Assembly: GCA_010093605.1 (NCBI GenBank)
Contig: MU004181.1
Span: 3,596,001 to 3,660,000 of the forward strand
Length of the DNA: 64,000 nt
Reading direction: 5' to 3'
From: Lophium mytilinum
Lineage: Eukaryota
Of the stretch, positions 59,835 to 64,000 are shown in pieces. The notes under the pieces were generated by a model. It was given only the letters and a program-made list of their open reading frames with translations, did not search any database and was not told where the DNA came from. The position numbers were made by a program, and so were the translations under genes. Position 1 is the first letter of the stretch. Each line of letters starts with the position of its first letter.

Positions 59835-61727
59835 ATGGACTCCGACTTGCCCCCCGATCCATATGCCGCTCTCGGCGTGCCCAAGGACGCAGAGGCGGCC
59901 ATCATCAAATCCACGTACCGCAAGCTCGTCCTGAAGTGCCACCCGGACAAAGTCACCGACGAGTCGCTCAAACCACAGAAGCAGGCCGAGTTCCACAAAA
60001 TCCAGAGCGCCTACGAGATCATCGGAGACGAAGAGAAGCGCGCCACCTACGACGCCCAGGTCCGCCTCGCCGAGCTACGCAAGGAAAAGCTCGAACGCAC
60101 CGGTGGCGGCACGCCCTCGCGCTCTGCCAGCTACGACTACCGCTCTCCGGCCTCCGCCGCCGCCTATGGCGGATCTCACTCCGGCCCGCGCTACGAGGAG
60201 CGGAAACCGAGCCGTGCCTATGAAGACGACAAGTACTTTGACGACCGGTCGTCGTCGAGGAAGTACGATGGCTACGAAGCATACGCCAAGCGGCCTGCGC
60301 CACGCTCCTCGCGCACCGAGCGGGAGCCCGTCAGAGTGTCCAGGACTAGCGAGAAAGTAAAGTCCGACCACAAGAAGACCAAGGATAGGGAGGAGCGACG
60401 AGACCGCACCGCCAAGTTTGCCTATACTGAGGAGGATGAGTCGCCCGATGACAGGAACCGCTACGAGCGAGAATACAAGAAGCGCAATGAAGAGGAACGT
60501 CTTCGTGCGAAGCAGGTCGAAGAGCACGATAGGGCCAGGAAAGAGGCTGCTGATGCCCGACGAAAGGCTGACGAAGAACGTCGCAATGCCGAGGAGACAG
60601 CTGCGAGGTCTGCTCGTCGATCCTCTTCTCGCGACCGCGAAGACGACCGCTTCGCCGATGAGCGTGCACGAAAGCTGAGTGATATGACAGACAAAGCCAA
60701 GGTCTACATGTCGTCAGCGAGGCAGGCCGACTCACGACCACAGGCCAGCCGACAGAGCTCGTCGCGGGACGCGAGAGACTACTACGACCCTAGGCCTCGA
60801 CGACCAGATGCACCGCGACGGTCTTCTGCTCTTCCTAGAGAGCGAGACGCAGCGCCCGCTGTATCCTCGGGTCGGGAAGGCCACCGCAAGGTGGAGATTG
60901 TCGATTGGGACGACGATGGCAGGAAGCCTCCTTCCTTCAAGCACTCGAGCTCGTCACCTGCAGATATCAAGACGGTCCCACGCGCGACGCCACACCGTGC
61001 TCACACCATGGAATCGAGTAAGGACCGTCGTCGCTCCGAAACTTCGCCCAGCCCAGTTTTCCGTCGGTCGGAAACGATGCCGTCCGTTCAGTCGTCGACT
61101 CGTAGGAAGGAGTCCACACCCATTCGGCCCTCAACGCTGCGCAACGAAAACGTATTACCTTCTGGCTCTAGGGACTCGAGTCCCGAAACCGCGGCCTACC
61201 CATCTATCCCCTCGGCGCAACCATCCGCCACAACAAAGAAATACTACTACTCAACCCCCGGAGGCGGCGTTACACTGGCTCCGGAGGATTATGGTCTAGG
61301 TGGACATCGAACTGTCCTCCGCGAACCCGAAGCTCGCCGTCGCCAGCGATCTCCATCTCCCTTGACGACTACCACCCGCACGGTGCCCGCCCCGACATCC
61401 TCATCGCGCTACCCATCAGGAGCAGCAGCAGCGCCTAAATTAGGCCGCATTCCTCCTCCGCCGCTTGGTCGCTCTGCGACGATGAGTGCGAGCCCTGAGC
61501 GACGGCCGAGCCTAGACACAGGCCGCGGCCCCTCATTATATGGCGAACTCGACTCGGATTACCTCCGTGGCAAGCGAGGGGCCCAACAAACAAGCTTCGC
61601 TCCTGACAAGATCAACTGGGCTAAGAAATATGGCCACGATGATGTGGATTACAGCGGCAGAGGTCGCGAGGATGAGCGAGCCTACCCCAAGCCTTCACTC
61701 AGAAGGAACGAAACCTACGTCTACTAG
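59835..61727 (+). CDS. J-domain (DnaJ/Hsp40 type III) protein with a long R/S/E-rich disordered tail
   Basis: DPYAALGV...YRKLVLKCHPDK...FHKIQSAYEIIGDEEKRATYD. Confidence 0.92.
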   Translation: MDSDLPPDPYAALGVPKDAEAAIIKSTYRKLVLKCHPDKVTDESLKPQKQAEFHKIQSAYEIIGDEEKRATYDAQVRLAELRKEKLERTGGGTPSRSASYDYRSPASAAAYGGSHSGPRYEERKPSRAYEDDKYFDDRSSSRKYDGYEAYAKRPAPRSSRTEREPVRVSRTSEKVKSDHKKTKDREERRDRTAKFAYTEEDESPDDRNRYEREYKKRNEEERLRAKQVEEHDRARKEAADARRKADEERRNAEETAARSARRSSSRDREDDRFADERARKLSDMTDKAKVYMSSARQADSRPQASRQSSSRDARDYYDPRPRRPDAPRRSSALPRERDAAPAVSSGREGHRKVEIVDWDDDGRKPPSFKHSSSSPADIKTVPRATPHRAHTMESSKDRRRSETSPSPVFRRSETMPSVQSSTRRKESTPIRPSTLRNENVLPSGSRDSSPETAAYPSIPSAQPSATTKKYYYSTPGGGVTLAPEDYGLGGHRTVLREPEARRRQRSPSPLTTTTRTVPAPTSSSRYPSGAAAAPKLGRIPPPPLGRSATMSASPERRPSLDTGRGPSLYGELDSDYLRGKRGAQQTSFAPDKINWAKKYGHDDVDYSGRGREDERAYPKPSLRRNETYVY

Positions 61728-63030
61728 CATCCGTAGTTGCGTATCAAATCCTCAACCGGACTGTATATCGATTAGCTCTGACACAATGGTCGCCATACTG
61801 GGCCACCTCACGAGGTCTTACCAGATGGGCCAACGTGTCTTAGCTTCAAAGCAGATTCTTATCACTGCACCATGTTTAATTCAGGGTGAATCCACCCAGT
61901 CTTCTAAACCCCCTTACCTACCTGTTTTTGTGTCTTTATTCTTGCGATACGTCACTACGAAACCCAGGCAATGCGAGTCTTTCCATGGCTCTTGTCTACA
62001 CGACCGTCACATATTTCCACGACGGTGCAGTGCTTTCTAGTCACCTTTTTCCCATCCCCCTAAATGTATATTGCTCTTCGATTACCCTTTTGCCTCCCCC
62101 TTCTTGGTCACCTACAAACTTCCCCTTTGTCAAACAATGGAAACTGGCGTTATTTTTGCTTGCACGGATGGATGGATGGATCGGTGTCGCAGGTGTGCTA
62201 CAGTAGCATCTCCACCTTTATCCCCAGCTTTTGTGCGTGTGCGTTTTACGAATATGAGAATTACTACTCTGCTCTCTGGGTATGAACCGTACGTCACGAC
62301 GACTCCTCCTCTACGCTCGTTTTATAACTATTACATACCCCTGCTTTTGCCGGGTCTTGTTTACACTGTCTTTTCACTTCTTGCATATTTTGCTTGTGTT
62401 TTTGGCTGCGTGGCTTGTATTACGATGTCATGACTGCTTTGAGCTACTCGGCAGGTTTTGTGGGAAGTGGGATTTTTCTACTGGTTTTTATAGGGTGGGT
62501 ATGGCATGGGGATGGGGTGGGATAGGGAGGAGGGGTTTATATATCTTGGCTTTGGTACTTGCGGAGGCTTTTCTGAAGGCTCCGTGAAATTACATCTTGA
62601 TTTTTACGCTTAGCTATGCTCTCTTGTATGTGTGTGCTTGTGATGATCGCGCTTACCCTTGAAACTTCTTCAGACAGAGAAAAGCCTAACTACCTCATAG
62701 CCGTATTTCACGTCGCGAGTTCAGTATCCTTAGATATAAACCAGGTATATATTCGTGTAAAATAAATACCCTAGCTACATAGATAGATCAAAATCAACCC
62801 CTTCCGATTCCACTCCATCTCCATCCAGCACATTCCCTAACCCCCTTACCCTTTACTTTAGCAACCCCCAAAAAACACCATTTGGCACGTTTCGTGCCCC
62901 ATCACGCGGGGAACCCTTGAGCACGTATCCATTCCAATTCCTCGTTGTCCGTATTACTCCAAGAAAAACAGCCTGACATACAAAAGCTCTCGCGGTGGAA
63001 TTTGCGGAGCGGGGAAGACGCAATGACAAA

Positions 63031-63201
63031 AGAGAGAGAGAGAGAGGCACGACCCGCGCATCGAGGGCGGGGACGAGCAACACTTATCACAGAAATCCGA
63101 CGCCGGGCGTTCTGGGACGAGCGTCGTTTCGTGAGTGAATTTAACATAGGGAAGACGATTGAAGCGGGAGAGAATGAAAGAGAGCGTGTGTGTGTGTGTG
63201 T
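63031..63201. repeat. Microsatellites (AG)8 at 63031-63046 and (GT)8 at 63186-63201
   Basis: Seen directly in the sequence. Confidence 0.85.
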
Positions 63202-63909
63202 TAAGTGTGGTACGGCGGTGTTCGAGAACGGCGTCCGAAGCCGGTACAATGCGAGTGCGTAGAGCCTTTGTCGTCGTTTCTATCCAAGGATTACGAGAAA
63301 TGACAGATGAGGGAGTGTGGAGATGTTCGAGAGCGCTGTTGTTGCCACTCGAAAATAGATCGAAAGAGCCAGGAAGGAGATGCGAACAAGGTAGGGAGTG
63401 TGTAGTCGAATGACGTGGTGTCCCTGGGGACAATAGAAAGAAGCTTTGAGAAGAGTATTGTAATGCGTGTGCCGATACCTTTTAGTTGTCGTTGAGGCCC
63501 TATGGGCGTCTGGGTCATGGGTCGCCGCTGCTTAGATGCCTCGTGTTCCCTGGGCGTGATTATCTGGGAGACTTCAACGTCGTCAATACTCTTGGCTGGA
63601 TTGCAATCTCCCGGTAGTGCTGCTGCTCTTCCAGAAATCGGCCAAACTTCTTGGTCAATTTGCAAGCAATAGACATCGTGATAGGCCGGGAGAGGTTCGA
63701 GTCGTTGGGAAGCATCTGGAGAGAGTCTGGTACTACTCAATGCTTCCTAGAGTACTGAACGTGCGGTTCGTCTTCCCAGCCAGACACCAGCTCTTGAGGT
63801 GGTGCAGTCAGGTAAACCACCCTGAGCTCTGGCTTGCCTCCACTGGCATTGTAGAAGGTAGGGTCTCCCTTTTAGCAACCCAGACAACGGGGAGAGGTTA
63901 TAGAAACAC

Positions 63910-63999
63910 TCATAGAACGTCGAAGATATTGCGCACGATAGGGCTCACGCCTTTATGAGCTGGACTCCTTGGATCGTCATCAACAGGTTTGGGTGCAAG
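63910..63999 (-). CDS. Probable C-terminus of a gene extending beyond the window
   Basis: Open frame LAPKPVDDDPRSPAHKGVSPIVRNIFDVL*, followed by 3'-UTR-like sequence. Confidence 0.45.
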   Translation of the reverse strand, partial: LAPKPVDDDPRSPAHKGVSPIVRNIFDVL

Positions 64000-64000
64000 C

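Noticed and set aside
62853..63740. ORFs in the convergent 3' region
   Set aside because: They span microsatellites and look like UTR sequence, with no domain recognised.

Overview
Gene-dense, intron-containing euchromatic DNA from a filamentous ascomycete. The short GT-AG introns with CTAAC/CTGAC branch points and the protein sequences look Dothideomycete-like, but the species cannot be determined. About 25 protein-coding genes are supported, mostly housekeeping: eEF2, cullin-1, glycogenin, a RAD51 paralog, Pal1, MED31, RPC11, SF3B5, TatD/Scn1, Srf1, Hos4, Dfg10, a J-domain protein, three transporters and a homeobox-C2H2 factor. No rRNA, tRNA, CRISPR array or intact transposase was seen. The most unusual part is ~2.8-9.1 kb: one intronless orphan 620-aa gene (duplicated beta-rich domain, basic C-terminal tail) is flanked on both sides by four related degenerate tandem arrays (periods ~273-279, 170, ~225 and ~173 bp). 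These share motifs such as GAAGCCTATAGGGGTACCCCAGACGGTGGCAA, and isolated copies of the motif recur in other intergenic regions. Other notable signals: a decayed copy of SRF1 split into two oppositely oriented pieces bracketing an ankyrin gene, a stranded DHHC palmitoyltransferase (Pfa5-like) fragment, two GC-AG introns, a 341-nt glycogenin intron that is open in frame, and a structured cullin intron. Exon boundaries were read by eye and all family assignments come from motif recognition, not database searches.
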